Source of the DNA: Octopus sinensis
Taxonomy: Eukaryota
Reading direction: 5' to 3'
DNA: 64,000 bases
Assembly: GCF_006345805.1 (NCBI RefSeq)
Contig: NC_043015.1
Span: forward strand, 22,258,001 to 22,322,000
The translations under genes were made by a program, and so were the position numbers. Numbering within the stretch: the first letter of the stretch is position 1; each line of letters starts with the position of its first letter. The notes beneath the pieces are model-generated. The model searched no databases. It saw only the letters and a program-made list of their open reading frames with translations, and was not told the DNA's origin. Positions 41,224 through 54,925 of this stretch are shown piece after piece.

Positions 41224-41248
41224 CATTATTATTATTATTATTATTATT
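41154..41248. repeat. (TAT/TAA)n microsatellite
   Basis: about 31 units with one CAT interruption. Confidence 0.97.
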
Positions 41249-41799
41249 GAGTGAGAGAGCAGTGCATGCCATCAAAGTGACACTGGGGTAAACTATACGA
41301 AGCCCAATATACCCATCATGACTACCCGTCTGATAAAGGTACACCAGGCACATGCATCACAACCATATGTGCGCGACATGGTGATCTCATATCAAGATAA
41401 ACAGCCCATGACCTTGCAGGTGGGGCCCAGTTACAATTTTCTTCAGGTTGAGTAGCCCATCCCGCTCAAAAGGTCCCTGAATAAGGGTTGTTTAAGGATG
41501 TTGAAAGAACCACCCATGTTTCCAGAGGTGAACTATTCAAACCCCAAAGAATCCCTCTCAACACATGGCTATTATGCCCCCCCACTACTTCTGCTCGTGA
41601 TCAGAGATGCACATATCGTCAGCCACTAAGGGACATGCTCAACTGGTTAAGGTCAAACAACTGACAAGCAAATCTGTGGTATTGAGCAGAATATTTGCTG
41701 TAGCCCATCTTTTATACAAGACAAAACAATGTACATGATAACACTTCCAATCAGTTAAGATCAGAAACTATGAGAGCCAGTGCCTGAGAATGCATCAAG
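41249..41799. mobile_element. ~550-bp non-coding element embedded in a TAA microsatellite (unclassified, putative non-autonomous element)
   Basis: Sharp boundaries with (TAT)n on both sides; higher GC than flanks; no TIR or protein motif recognised. Confidence 0.6.
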
Positions 41800-41818
41800 T
41801 TATTACATTATTATTATT

Positions 41819-41914
<96 letters not shown>

Positions 41915-41990
41915 TCTTCTTATTATTATTATAATATATTATTATCATTATTATTATTATTATTATTATTTTAGTAGTAGTAATAGTTGT
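41800..41990. repeat. Compound (TAT)n/(CAT)n/(TAG)n microsatellite
   Basis: direct reading. Confidence 0.95.
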
Positions 41991-43379
41991 AGTAGATGCG
42001 CAGGTGTTGCGTGATATTGATCCTCTTTTTTGCTCTTGTTTTATTTACGTCTTGCTTCCATTTGTCTCGTATTAGTAGGACAAGAACAAATTTTCCCAAT
42101 TCGTTGAATGACATTAGTGGTTTCAATCATTCTGAGTATGGTATATCGGGGTCAGTAATAAGTAATTGTCATTGTTATACTTTGCTATTTTCTTCTTATT
42201 CATCACGCTTTTTTGATTAGCGTTCATACACATGAAATTGTTAAGACACATTTCGAAAATTATTCGAATATAGAGATAAGACGCGTTTTACGCGACCGTA
42301 CCGATTGCCTCGTGGAGAGGACAATGAGGAGATAAATGGACATGTTGATTACGGTAAGATGATAGACTTGACGTTGATAACAACGATGATTATTGCATGA
42401 TTACGATAATTAAAATGATAATGATGAAATTTTGAAGGTTGAGTGATCAAAGCAATCTGATATATTAAAGTAACCTCTACTTGAAACATTCAAAAAGATA
42501 TTGCATGCAGCAGCCTTGTAGTGAAGAATATACACAGGGAAGATCAGCTGCTATAAACTCATAGACCAACTTCCGGTCATAAAAATAATTCTGATAGATG
42601 TTAAATCAAGGCGGTGCTCCAGCATAAACGAAGTTCTAGGATGAAAGCATTAAAATGATAAAAGAATGCATATGATAACAACCATATCAATGTTGAGGTC
42701 GCCGACAATGAAGAGTGCGAAGACGAGGAATCCGAAGATTATGACCACCGCAGCGACGACGTCGACGACAACGCGGCTAATGATGATGACTATGATAATT
42801 ATACTGGTACTTATGTTGTTATATATGATGGTGGTGGTAGTGGTGCTGCTGACTCTGGGGTGTTGACGAAGACGATGATGATAATAATGATGACGATGAT
42901 GATGATGTTGAAAATGATGATGATGATGATGATGATTACGAAATTTCTACGTAAATAAATGGTGTTTTTCAAAGAATAGTTCAAATGATAAATTCTATGA
43001 GATAATAAATGACATGGAACGCTCTTGGCAATTTCAGAACTGCAGTGAACAGCAGCAACATAATGAAAGAAAGAACCAACGAAAACATACAGAATCGAAG
43101 ACATTTTTTTCCTTCATACTCAACACCTACGCAGTACACATGAAACATTGAAAAGAAATATATGTAATGTGTAGGTGCGTGTGTATTTCTGATGTGTCTC
43201 TGTGGTTAGTATATTTATGCAGTGTTTTTGTATGTATATATACATATATGGAACGTGGCTGTAACACTTCTTTCCAGGTGACAGTTCACCGAAGAAGTGA
43301 GAATTCGTATCGGTTACCGCTACGATAGCAGCATCTGTAATACTCACCACATTGTTCTCCACCACATTGTATGTGATTC

Positions 43380-44390
43380 AGAAAGCTGACAATTCATCTG
43401 CACCACCCCATACGCTTGCCTTTCTTCAACAGATGGTGGACTCAGTAAATAGTATCCATTCTCAGCTCGATCTTCCAGTGTAATATATAAACAAAAAAAA
43501 AACTGAACTACTCCAATCAGTACTCTCATACTCATGTTACATATCCCGCTGCCGTTATTGATGATGTTTCTCTACCGTACACAGACTCATTATACTATCT
43601 TTCTTGTATAATCTTTAATTTTGAATTCTGCAATGGGGTGATACTCCATCGGATCAGTTTGACCTCTGACAATTTCGGAAGAATCAGCGAAAGAGTTTTT
43701 CTGTGAAAAACCTTAGAGCACCTAAACATTCTCTGTTTATCGAACTGTCTGTTTATCCATCTTCCGGTATGGATCTGAGTGCTGAGCACTTTTTCAAAGC
43801 GGGATAAAACAAGAGGAAGCGTAGCATATCAGATCACTCCAAAGTATCCTCCGTCTCAGGTGACAGGATCAGGTGCCTCACGTCGAAATCCTTCTGAGGG
43901 CTTGGATCTTCATCATTAAGACCCGATTCATTTGTCGTCTTGGCATGGTTGGCCATGTGATTCGGATGCTGGATAACAGTCTCCCAATGATGGTCCTTTC
44001 CAGCAAGTTCGTGATCGAGACTGGAAGTAAACCTCATGGTGATCCAAATCTTCATTCTCTCGATCATCTCAAGTGGTCTCCCATTTATTACGGTGTCCTT
44101 CCCAATCGGTTCGAGGACCTGGATTCTAATCGGAAGGCATGGATATCCATGTTCGATGGTATAGAAGAGTACTTTGTAACCGAACACAAAAAAACTGCAC
44201 GAAGAGAGGAGGCGACATCGTTAACATCTGTAGTCGCTATTGCTCAGGTTTGCTTTCACTACCCTCATGGATCGGTCGCATCAGCTACGTCTGCTCCCTT
44301 GAGATCCAATGTGCTAGAGGTGAAGGAGGATGAATCACTTGGATCGACGCTGTCATTATCTTTCATTAGTTGTCATCAGCAAAAGTGAGC
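43380..44390 (+). mobile_element. RTE-clade LINE remnant (RT C-terminal half)
   Basis: ADNS...LQQMVDS (decayed ADD region); FGRISERVF..VYRTVCLSIFRYGSEC; VEILLRA..GHVIRMLDNSLP..G.KPHGDP..NRKAW. Confidence 0.8.
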
Positions 44391-44504
44391 AATAGACAGC
44401 ATAATGATAACCACAAATTTATATTAATGTTTCTATTAATGTGGAGATTTATAGCCATAAAAGTAAGGAATTATCATGATGATATTTATCCAAATATGCA
44501 GAGT

Positions 44505-44750
44505 GGACAATGATGTTCAGGGGAATGTCCTCCGCGTGTAACGGACCTCGCAACATTTACCAGCGTTTATGGTGATATATAAGAGATAAAGTTTACTGTA
44601 CAAAAACAGCAACGTTGGCGACTTAAAGGCAGCCACGGAAAGAGAATCATCAGATAGGTTTCTTGATCTTTGCGATTATATTGCTTCGCATAATCAGCGG
44701 TGCATGAACGAGATAAATCATCAGTGTGAAAAAATCGCTCAGAATTAACT
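44505..44750 (+). mobile_element. Tc1/mariner-superfamily transposase C-terminal remnant
   Basis: ECPPRVTDL (WPPRSPDL-like) followed by IRDKVYCTK-like motif. Confidence 0.5.
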
Positions 44751-44857
44751 TGTTTTTGTAGAATCTTTAAAACTTTGAAAATGTAATATATTTAATAAAC
44801 GGTGATTTAAAATCATTCGATATGAGTATAAAGTTTGAGGACAGGTGAAATATTTGT

Positions 44858-44897
<40 letters not shown>

Positions 44898-45006
44898 TGT
44901 CTGTGTGTGTGTGTGTGTGTGTGTATGTGTGTGTGTGTGTGTTTTGTGTGTTGTATGTGTGTATCTATGTATCTCATTAGATGCATTGAAATTTACAAAC
45001 CGATAA

Positions 45007-46205
45007 TACCTGGTTGGGCTGAAAACTTCATACGCTGTCTATGAAGGAGTGATGCTACAGCTGTGAAATCTTGCAAGCATTAATTCCAAACCTTTTTTTG
45101 TTTTTTTCATTTATAACATCATTGTTTTTTCCCGGTAAACTGATATCTGATAGTTAAAAAAATTCAAATGTAAGTAGTGGCGAACACTTCAAATTGAACG
45201 AATTTTGGCTTTTTGGTGTTATCAAGACTTTAGTCTCCAATGACATTCAGTTTGAGATTGTTGATTCATTAGTGGATCACACTCCAGTTTTCTGAACAGA
45301 GAAAAAGTGGGCAGCTAAATTTAGTAGGGGAATGGAATATTCAAGATGGATAAATTGTTGTGTTCACCACATGCTTATGAATGACAATCGATTGTCTATA
45401 AATCAAATAGCCAATGTCATTACTATATTTCGAGAGAGTGTTTAAATTTTGTGCACAATGAAGCTGGCATTACAAAGGATTCTACTGAGCGGGCACGACG
45501 CCTTGTGAATCTGATCAAATGTCCACCAGGTCGATCAGATGTCGGGAAAATCTGACATTCTGAGGTAGAAAATTCCAGGCAGTTCCAGCTGGTTTCCCTT
45601 AGCGTTTCATAACCTACGATGAGTGAGGCTCACTGAGCCAGAGACAAAGTGACAATCCATTTAGTGGAAACACTTCTCTCTCATTCCAAAGACGGCCAAG
45701 GCCATTTCATCAGTATGGTAAATGTTGGCCTCAGATGTTTGAGATGCAAAAGGTATTGTGTTTTTGACTATCAATGGAGAAAATAATTGTAAGTTGCTGT
45801 GACACTTACGCTCAGGATGAGTGACAGAAATTGTTTTCTTTCACCAGGAAAATGCTCCAGCACACATGTCCATGGTTTCTATAGCAGTTGTGTGTGATTG
45901 CGGCTTTCAACTGGTTGGTCACCTTCTCTATTTTCCGTATTTGGCGCCATCTAACTATCTATCATCTGGTCCCCAACATGAAACAGAGTTTGGTTGAGAA
46001 CTGGTATCGCAGAGATGAGGACATCATATGCTAATGATTTTTGACCAATAAAAGGAAAGTTCCTTCACCAATGAAAGCTAAAGCCTGCACAACGGATGTA
46101 AGACATGAGGGGACCGCAAGGAAAACTATGTTGAAGAATAACCCTCAGTTGGTCACATTCCGTGAGATCATGTTCGAGCTACCAACCTTTCGAGCGTCCC
46201 TCGTA
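45007..46205 (+). mobile_element. Full-length but heavily decayed mariner element
   Basis: TIR-like tacctggttgggctgaaaacttcata and ...cgtccctcgta; KKWAAKF; DAKGIV; FHQENAPAH..LVGH..YFPYLAPSNY. Confidence 0.75.
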
Positions 46206-46886
46206 AAACAGTTCATATTTTCTTGTGTTATACATAAAGAAACAACTATTTCGAACGAAATGATTTATTGATATGGCGTATAAAAAGGAACCGAAAATGT
46301 TATTACACCCCTTTAGTTAATGTCACGCGGTAATAATGCACACATGAAATAGAAGACAAGCAAACACACACACACACACGCACACACAAACACATACAAA
46401 CACAAACATACGCACACGCTCACACACAAAGGCATACATATGGCTATGCATATAGTAGAGTATTCGCATGAACAAACACACGCGCAGATACACACATATA
46501 TGCATGAGTGTGTGTGTGTGTGTGTGTGTGAGTATGTATGTGTTTGTGTGTATGTGTGAGTACAAAAAACTCACGGGCGTAGCTGCATAGAAATCACAGT
46601 ATTCTTTGAGTGACTGATTGAATGAAAACCCGAGAAAATGAACGCACGAAGCAGGGATGCACTTAGTCATTTGTCGACATTTCTTTAAACACGGAAGAAT
46701 GCCTTCACTAGCGAAAGATTTAAGGGTGCATAGTGACACTTCGGTACAGAGGCGTCACTTAGTAAACACTCGCATGCTTTTACATGTAGATATAATTACA
46801 GAGACGTATACACATATATGTTCACCCATGAATCTACATGCATATACATGCACACACCTGTGCATATTCATATATATAGGTATATA

Positions 46887-46941
<55 letters not shown>

Positions 46942-47031
46942 GTAAATATATAGGATGGCGAATCTTTTTAGAAATTTCAACAATAGTGGCCTAGCATAAA
47001 ATGTCAATAGGCAACATATTCTCAATATGAA

Positions 47032-47218
47032 ATAGTATACATTTAAACACAAGAGAAAACTACCTTTAACAGGTATTTGTTACACGCTAGATGAAGCAGT
47101 CCAAATGACCAAAACCAAATTGCTCACAAATGTGGTTTTCGTCGTTTTGACTGCTTTCTATAGTGTGTAAAAATTACCTGTTAAAGGTAGTTTTCTCTCG
47201 TGTATAAATGTACACTAT
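47032..47218. repeat. Fold-back element with ~70-bp arms
   Basis: gagaaaactacctttaacaggta..gaagcagtc versus gactgctt..tacctgttaaaggtagttttctc. Confidence 0.85.
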
Positions 47219-47254
<36 letters not shown>

Positions 47255-47442
47255 GAGGTAGGGGTTGTAAATTCAACCCTACTTGGGATAACATATATCC
47301 AATATACTGCTAGAGAAGTACCCAACAAAGCTAATACATAAATGTTAAGAATTGCGATGCAATTAATTCATTTACTGTATTAGGTGGGCAAAGGTAAAAT
47401 TATTTTTACCATAAATTAATAATACAAAATAAGAAAATGGAG

Positions 47443-47477
<35 letters not shown>

Positions 47478-47571
47478 TGTGTGTGTGTATATATATGTAT
47501 ATATATTAGTATTGCATATCTGTATATGTCTAATAAACGTACACACACACACGCTTACATGCACACACACA

Positions 47572-47657
<86 letters not shown>

Positions 47658-48654
47658 CAGAGGGATAGATAGAGTGATAGAAGTTTCAGTAACTATGTCG
47701 AGGTGAATGTAGGAATGTACCGTTCAAATATTTTCTCTCCAACAATGTCGCTTCTGGTTTGATTGAACTTCTCTTCACAATATCTTCCAACATTGTTCCA
47801 GGCTGACTAATGCCTTTAAGCTGAATTTGGTGAGCGGGAATTCGTTGGAAATCTGACGAATATAGAAATACGTAGGTTTGTGTGTCTATGTTTACTCGCA
47901 CGTACATGTGCATGCACCTTTGCTTGTGTGTTAGTTGTTCCAACGCGTTGACAATCGCTGGTGTTACGAGCGTATTTCGGCAAACACAATCCTATTAAAT
48001 ATCAGCCTCGAATGTCAGCAGGGTAAGATCCTGAATGTCACTGAAAGAAATTATAAAAAAACGAACAAAAGACAATTATTTTTTTCTCTTCTCATCTCAC
48101 AATTCTGTAAAGGAATGCAGGTGCATCTCAAGACTTCTACCATTTTTTTGATTGAACTTCCATCTAATAGAACCTGTTTGATGTTCGTGTAAGTGGTTTC
48201 TTCTTAATTTTATAGTACACAAAAACAGACAGACACATACACACGCATACATACATACACACACGCTCGGTCATTTCAAAATGTAACTACACGTGGATTG
48301 TTAGCGATTTTTCCTACGTCTTCTTTTTCTCTTGGACTTTCCCCTGTTTTAATCGAAACGTAAAACTAACTTGCATTCCTTCCCTGAGCATATGTTAATA
48401 TTTTGCATGTACCACGTCCTCGTGTTCTCGCTTTTTCCTTGTTGCATTTTCATTGTTTTTTGGTGGGGGGATTATATATACATATATAGATAGAAATATA
48501 ACGTGATGTAATAGGGATTTGGAATACGGGCAGGTACCTCTTTAGCGCTCTGGTATAACCCAGTCAAGGCTAACTACATCGATGTTCAAACCTTTACCGA
48601 TCCTTGTGAGCTCCACCCAGCGCATAGGTAAGACCTTGAACAAACCTGCATAGG

Positions 48655-48765
48655 AATATCTACCCCTGATGAATATGCACTGTAACTAAACTGGTTAAAT
48701 GGACACAAATGCTACATCAAAAGTCATTAGGATACTTATGCAACCGAAACACGTGTCAGATTGGA
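48655..48765 (+). ncRNA. Decayed hammerhead motif
   Basis: CTGATGA 48666-48672; TGCA/TGCA in stem II; GAAA 48746-48749; perfect palindrome ACACGTGT then C (GUC); stem I register disrupted. Confidence 0.5.
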
Positions 48766-48899
48766 ATTTAATGTGAATTTAATGAGATGAATACTGTAAT
48801 GAATTTTGTATAATTGTATAATTGTATAATTCTCTACTCTTCCTTAAGATTCTTGCATACACACATGCAGACACACACATACACACACATGTATGTAGT

Positions 48900-49480
48900 A
48901 TCAGATGATAACCAGATGGAGCCAAATCAGGATAGTAGGGACGGTGATCCATCAGTTTATGGCCAGAGTCATGCACAGTAGGCATTAAATGCAAGGGTTT
49001 GTGTGCGGGGGCATTGTGCAGGGGAAGCAAAACCCCATTCGTCAATGTTCCTGTGCGTTTGGTCTTCATAGCCTTTCGTAATTGCCTTAGAAATTTGGCA
49101 TAGTACTCTCCATTGATGTTGCGGGCCTTTTGAAGATAGTCGATAAACACGATGGTTTTTGCATCCCCAAGACTGAGCAGCCCTGCAGATGAAACTACCT
49201 TGGTCTTTGGAACAGGTGCGGAAGAGTGTTTCTACTGAATAGAATACGTCATTTTCTCTGGTTCAAGCTGGTGAAGCCAACACTTATCCTGATGTAAGGA
49301 AACATTGAAGGAAACCAGCTGGATGTGCCTCAAACAATATCAGATTTTCCCGGATTGTGGTCATCCTGGTGCACTTTTGAACAGGTTTCAGAATACGTGG
49401 AACACGCCGAGCAGAATCCTTTCCTGGAATGAAATGCTGCAGTTATTAATAAGAAGAGATGAAATTAGCACGTGGAAGAT
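48900..49480 (-). mobile_element. Mariner transposase remnant
   Basis: SARRVPRILKP..; FIDYLQK..INGEYYA..LRQLRKAMKTKR..HNAPAH..HRPYYPDLAPSGYHL. Confidence 0.88.
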
Positions 49481-50049
49481 TTCACAACTATATCAATTCT
49501 CTTTCATAATCAACCTATGAACGTTTCAGCTCACATTCGTAAAAGAGATTTTTTTATACATCTGTAACAAAATTAATATTATTTTTTAAAGAGATGCAGT
49601 TAATAGAAACTGATATCGCTTCTCAACTTAGCTGTACAGTGTTAAGATGAATGCGTGAGGAAACTCTGAAAGTGTATTCGTATTACAATCCGACTGGTGG
49701 AGATCTGTTACCGACATATGCATGATATAGGAAGCTGTAATTTACACTTCAGTTGCTTGCTATTGATGCCGTATGCCGATGTTCAAACGTGTTCATGTGG
49801 TTGGAGCAGCCATTTATACAGCGATATATTCCTCACTCATATTTACATTTACGTTTACTGGAATTTATCATGTTTAGAAGATGCATGCGCGTGCATGTGC
49901 TGATAAATAGCAATCCATCGGTTACGACAAAGAGTGTTTCGTTTGAAACAGTCAGTAAAATAGCCTGGTCTTGAAATTTACGTACATGTAGCAGATCACT
50001 TCACAGACACACATAAACTTAATCTAGTTATCAGCAACATTTAGCCTGA

Positions 50050-50200
50050 TAGAGAATGGGACAAGGCTGGCCTATTGAAATATAGGTACTACTCAGTTTT
50101 GCCAGCTAAGTGGTAACTAGAGCAACGTGAAATGAAGTGTCTTGCTCGCGTACACAACGCTCCGCCGGAGATTGAGCCGAATCACTTAGCCACGCACCTT
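50050..50200 (-). mobile_element. SINE family C fragment
   Basis: gagcaacgtgaaatgaagtgtcttgctc..cacaacgc. Confidence 0.6.
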
Positions 50201-50529
50201 CCGATAGTATCATATTGCACTGTAAAATCACATAGCTTTTTTATGTTCATGGTGATATCGTGTTGCGTGCATTAAATATACGTAAGCGATATGGATATGT
50301 ACTCCTCTTTTCAGGGTGAATGTTATGCAAAAATAAACGTAGATCGTTGTGTAAAGTTAAAATAAGTGATCCTAAATCCTGCGATGAAGTTTGTATCAAC
50401 TCTGCCTCTTTCTTTCTCGAAAAACTTAACTCCATCATTTTTTCAGTTTGTCCTCCCCATTTTACACAAATTGTCCTACGCACAATTTGTGTAAATTCGT
50501 TCGATACTCCCCTTTTCTGCTAACCAACG

Positions 50530-51750
50530 TACCTCGGCATGACTTCTATCTTGTAGGAACACAGCTATACCCTTTTCAAACTTGATACTATTTCAAAACA
50601 TGCAATTCACTGAATACAATTGCACTCCCTTCGCCCCCTATACATCAATGACATTGCATTTGGAACTTAGTCCCAATTCGTGAGCCATTATTTCATGCGA
50701 TGAGGTTCATCTTTGGTTTAAACCAGAGCCAACCACATCTCAAACATGAAGTGAAGGACATCTCTACTTTATATGTATCTACATTAACAAAATGACTTAC
50801 AGGTCAAAACCTTTTACATCCCATAAAATACCCAAGCCACATCCACTACCAATTCCCATCTCCGTTTCCATACCTGACATTTCCTTTTGGATTTTACCAT
50901 TCTTACAAGTTTAACTAGTTTCCTTATTACAGAAGGACTGGTTAAGGTAGTAAAAAACTGCATCAAATGTTGTCTATGCAGCTATTTCTATGTAAATGGG
51001 GCCCATCGGAAATTAATCGACAGTGGGCGTCTAAATGAGCAGCACTGTCTGGCACAACGCCTGCCATTTCTGCGAAAATAAACGTATCTTTTGCTATCTC
51101 TGTTCGCCTCCCCCACCTTTCTCTCTCTCTCTCCTCCCTCTCTTTCTCTGTCACTCTCTCTATATTTTTTCTATCTATCTATCTATCTATCTATCTATAT
51201 ATCTATCTATCTATATATCTATCTATCTATCTCACGTTCTATATCTTTCTCATGGCGTTTTATATTAACGTGTTCCTACTCCCTGATACTGATGTGAACA
51301 AAAGAGGAGATGCTGGTTCAGATCAACAATTTCCAGGGGTCAAACAGTCATCTTTTCCCCATTATCAACATATATCCACACTAATACAAACACATACCAT
51401 CACTACCAACATATTTCACAAAATAATTAAAAAAATGCACCGTAATTATTCCCACACAGACTATATAGCCATAAAATATGTAGTCATACACATCGTCACC
51501 CTTCCTTGCGCGCGTTAACTCACAGCTGAAAGTGCATAAACAATTGAATATAAACTGGCATACACAACTCTATCTACACAAACTCCCTTATTCATACACA
51601 CACCATACATGCAAAAAACATCATTTAAAAAATGTCATTGGTGCATTTCCTCATCTTACTTACGCTTAATCTTCAAATATTCTGATCTCTTCCTGAAACA
51701 CCACAACCATTCTAACATCCATTCCAGAGTGAGTCACGTAACTAACTATA
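50530..51750 (+). mobile_element. Highly decayed Penelope/Poseidon-type PLE remnant
   Basis: YINDIAFGT at 50641 (YIDD-like RT motif) with HP/IP-type thumb remnants downstream; split by a microsatellite. Confidence 0.35.
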
Positions 51751-52053
51751 ATTGCCATTTCGTTCCACAAAATTTCTGACTCTTCTCCTCATTCATTTTC
51801 TTTCTTGTTTATCTTTTAATACAAACTGTGCAAAGTGGAGAGTTTCACTTCATTGCGCCATTTGTTCATTAAGCAAATATTATGATGGGATTTCTCGTGT
51901 TATTTTCAATGCTATTTTTTTTTCTAAAACACTTCTTCATACATAAATTGTCACAAGCATAAACTTACAGCTAGCTGTGTATTTTAACACACACTCGCAA
52001 CACTCACACATATGTGAGCGCATATACATATATATATATATGCATATGTATAA

Positions 52054-52085
<32 letters not shown>

Positions 52086-52110
52086 TATATATACGGATAG
52101 ATAGACACTT

Positions 52111-52167
<57 letters not shown>

Positions 52168-53368
52168 CAACAACCACTCGTAAACTCGTATAATATATTG
52201 TACCGTGCATATAGAAACGATCTGTCGTGATAACATATTTATAACTAATTTAGCTTTAATCCATTTCAAAAGTGAAAAAAAAAAAAAAAAACGGGAAAAT
52301 AAAGAGCTTGAAACGTGTTATGATGGGTGACAGAAAAGATAAGCACATCCCCCCAACACACAAGAAGAGCTAAAAGTTAAGACATTTCATTTTATGTGAT
52401 AATTTCCAGAGCCGTGATATCGTATGACTTGATTTTACGAAGTAGGCCGTGTTTTAATCAAATAAGACTTGATAGACCAAAGAATGAAGTGGAACAATGA
52501 TGTTAATTTTGCAAACTTTATTCATTCATATCATTCAGAATTAAACATAGGCGTGACGGGGGATGAATATGTTCGATTTGGTTGCACACGGAGTGGTACA
52601 GAGTTTGATTTGTATGTGAAACACAAGAGGCAAATTTAATATTTAGTCATTGTCGAGTTCGTCATTGTCTTGTGAGCTATACTTGATATACAGAACTTGT
52701 TTATTCGCTTTCACTCACAAACAAACACAAACACTCACACATGCATATATATGTATGTCTAAAAGTTTAATCCAAAACCATAAGTCCAGAGACTACATAT
52801 GAACTCTTCATTCTCCAACTGTCTGATCAGCTTCCTTTGAACTTCTCACCTCGAAAAATATATATCTATAAGCATTGCTTTAACTGAAGAACTTTTATGT
52901 AATGAATGTATTTTTATATCACGCAAACCTGGAACCTACGTATTAAATTATTTCAATGTATCGCTATTTGGTTTCACTTCATTATTACTACTAATACGAA
53001 TTAAAAATTAAGAATTAAATAAAAATTAACCGGTCTTGACTCTATTTATGCGGATAATCTAGAAACGATTCGGAGACGTTTCATCCATTTGACGCAAGTA
53101 CCCTGCAACGCTTCTTAACGTTACACGAAATATTCATGCATACATGGACACACATAACACATACACACACACACACACACACATACACACATATATTTCC
53201 AATGTGTTATGTATGTGAGTGTGTGTAAGTATTTGTACGTGTGAACATATGCATATATGTAGATATTTATATATATATGTATATCTTATCAATCTATCTA
53301 CATATTTCTCTACCATATTTTTATTTCTCTCTTATTCTCTCTCTTTACACACACACATACACACACAT

Positions 53369-53415
<47 letters not shown>

Positions 53416-53574
53416 CATATGTCTCACACGTATATATTTACGTATGCCTCTTCGGTGTAAATTTCTTCATCTCCATAAGAATTTCTCAAATCCCATCCAA
53501 TCAGGCAATCCCTTATTCAGTGGGGCAATATGTCCTTTCTGTAAATACACTTGCTCAATTCTGTCAAAATCATC

Positions 53575-53782
53575 GTTTCTCTTCTAGATACAAGGCTCTA
53601 AGTTTTGGGAGAGTGGGCCAGTCGATTAGATCGACCCCAGTACGTAACTGGTACTTAATTTATCGACCCCGAATGGATTAAACGCACTGTCGATTTCGGC
53701 GGAGTTTGAAATCACAACGTAAAGACAGACGAATACCGATAAGCATTTCGCCTGGTGTACTAACATTTCTGCCAGCTCACCG
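53575..53782 (-). mobile_element. tRNA-derived SINE (family A)
   Basis: Reverse complement of cggtgagctggcagaaatgttagtacaccaggcgaaatgcttatcggtattcgtctgtctttacg..ggggtcgatctaatcgactggccc. Confidence 0.88.
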
Positions 53783-54644
53783 TTTTTGTTCTTACAAAAT
53801 TATGGAAGTAATTTAGTCGATGGCAATGCTACAATTATTTCTGGGGAGAGTCTACTAAATTCAGTTAGCCAGTCTTGCCATTTATCGAGTCACATTTTGG
53901 CCCTTGGATGAAGTTAAGCTCGGAAGCGCTTTACGGATAATTCGTCCATTATACGTCGAACTTACAATTATCTCCGTCAATTGAAAAAGGCGAATGTCTA
54001 TTTTAAAATACGTTGGTGGATTGTAGGGTATGAATTTTGTAATATTGAGTGTCTGTTTATAAAGAAAAGCAATTGCATGGATACCTCTCCCAAGAATGCA
54101 AGCCAGGTAAGGAAAATCAAGAAGAAACACTGACGTTTAACCGAGGTCACTCGGACATAAATATGAGAAAACTATGGTGTCTGCACTGAATGAATTTATT
54201 AAAAAAAAGTTTAAATTATCCTATCCCGTCCGATTGTTTTTGCCTCGTATCACAATGAATAATTCGGCTAAATAGTTAAATGTAGTGAGTAAAATTAATC
54301 CAATCAATCCAATTAATTAATGACAGCAAAGTGGTAAAGAGAAGAAAACATCGCTTAAGTATTATTAATTAGTGTTTTCTTCTTCTTATGATATAAAGAA
54401 TAACGGTACGAACTTCACCGTTATCCTTCGTGCACATTGCGTCTCCGCTTAATTGGCGTCAGCAATTTATACCCCTCGGAGATGTTCATCTCAGCACTTT
54501 AACTTGATGAACTACAAGTTATATATACTGCGAAAATTATAGTTCCGTATCAGTGATGTAAAACTATGCCGAACGTATTTCAAGAGAAATTAGATTGGTC
54601 ACAAAGACACACACACACAAACACACACACATACACATACGTAC

Positions 54645-54720
<76 letters not shown>

Positions 54721-54742
54721 TTATATATATATATAATATATA

Positions 54743-54783
<41 letters not shown>

Positions 54784-54925
54784 AGTAGTTGAATGAATTA
54801 ACTTTTTAAGGATAATTCGAATTAACCGATACCTGGGTAGCAAATTCACATCAGAAAAAAACACGGTTGAAGTTACGTGCCTAGGGCATAGATTACGTGC
54901 TTTCGTGTGGAAATTTGTATGTTTA

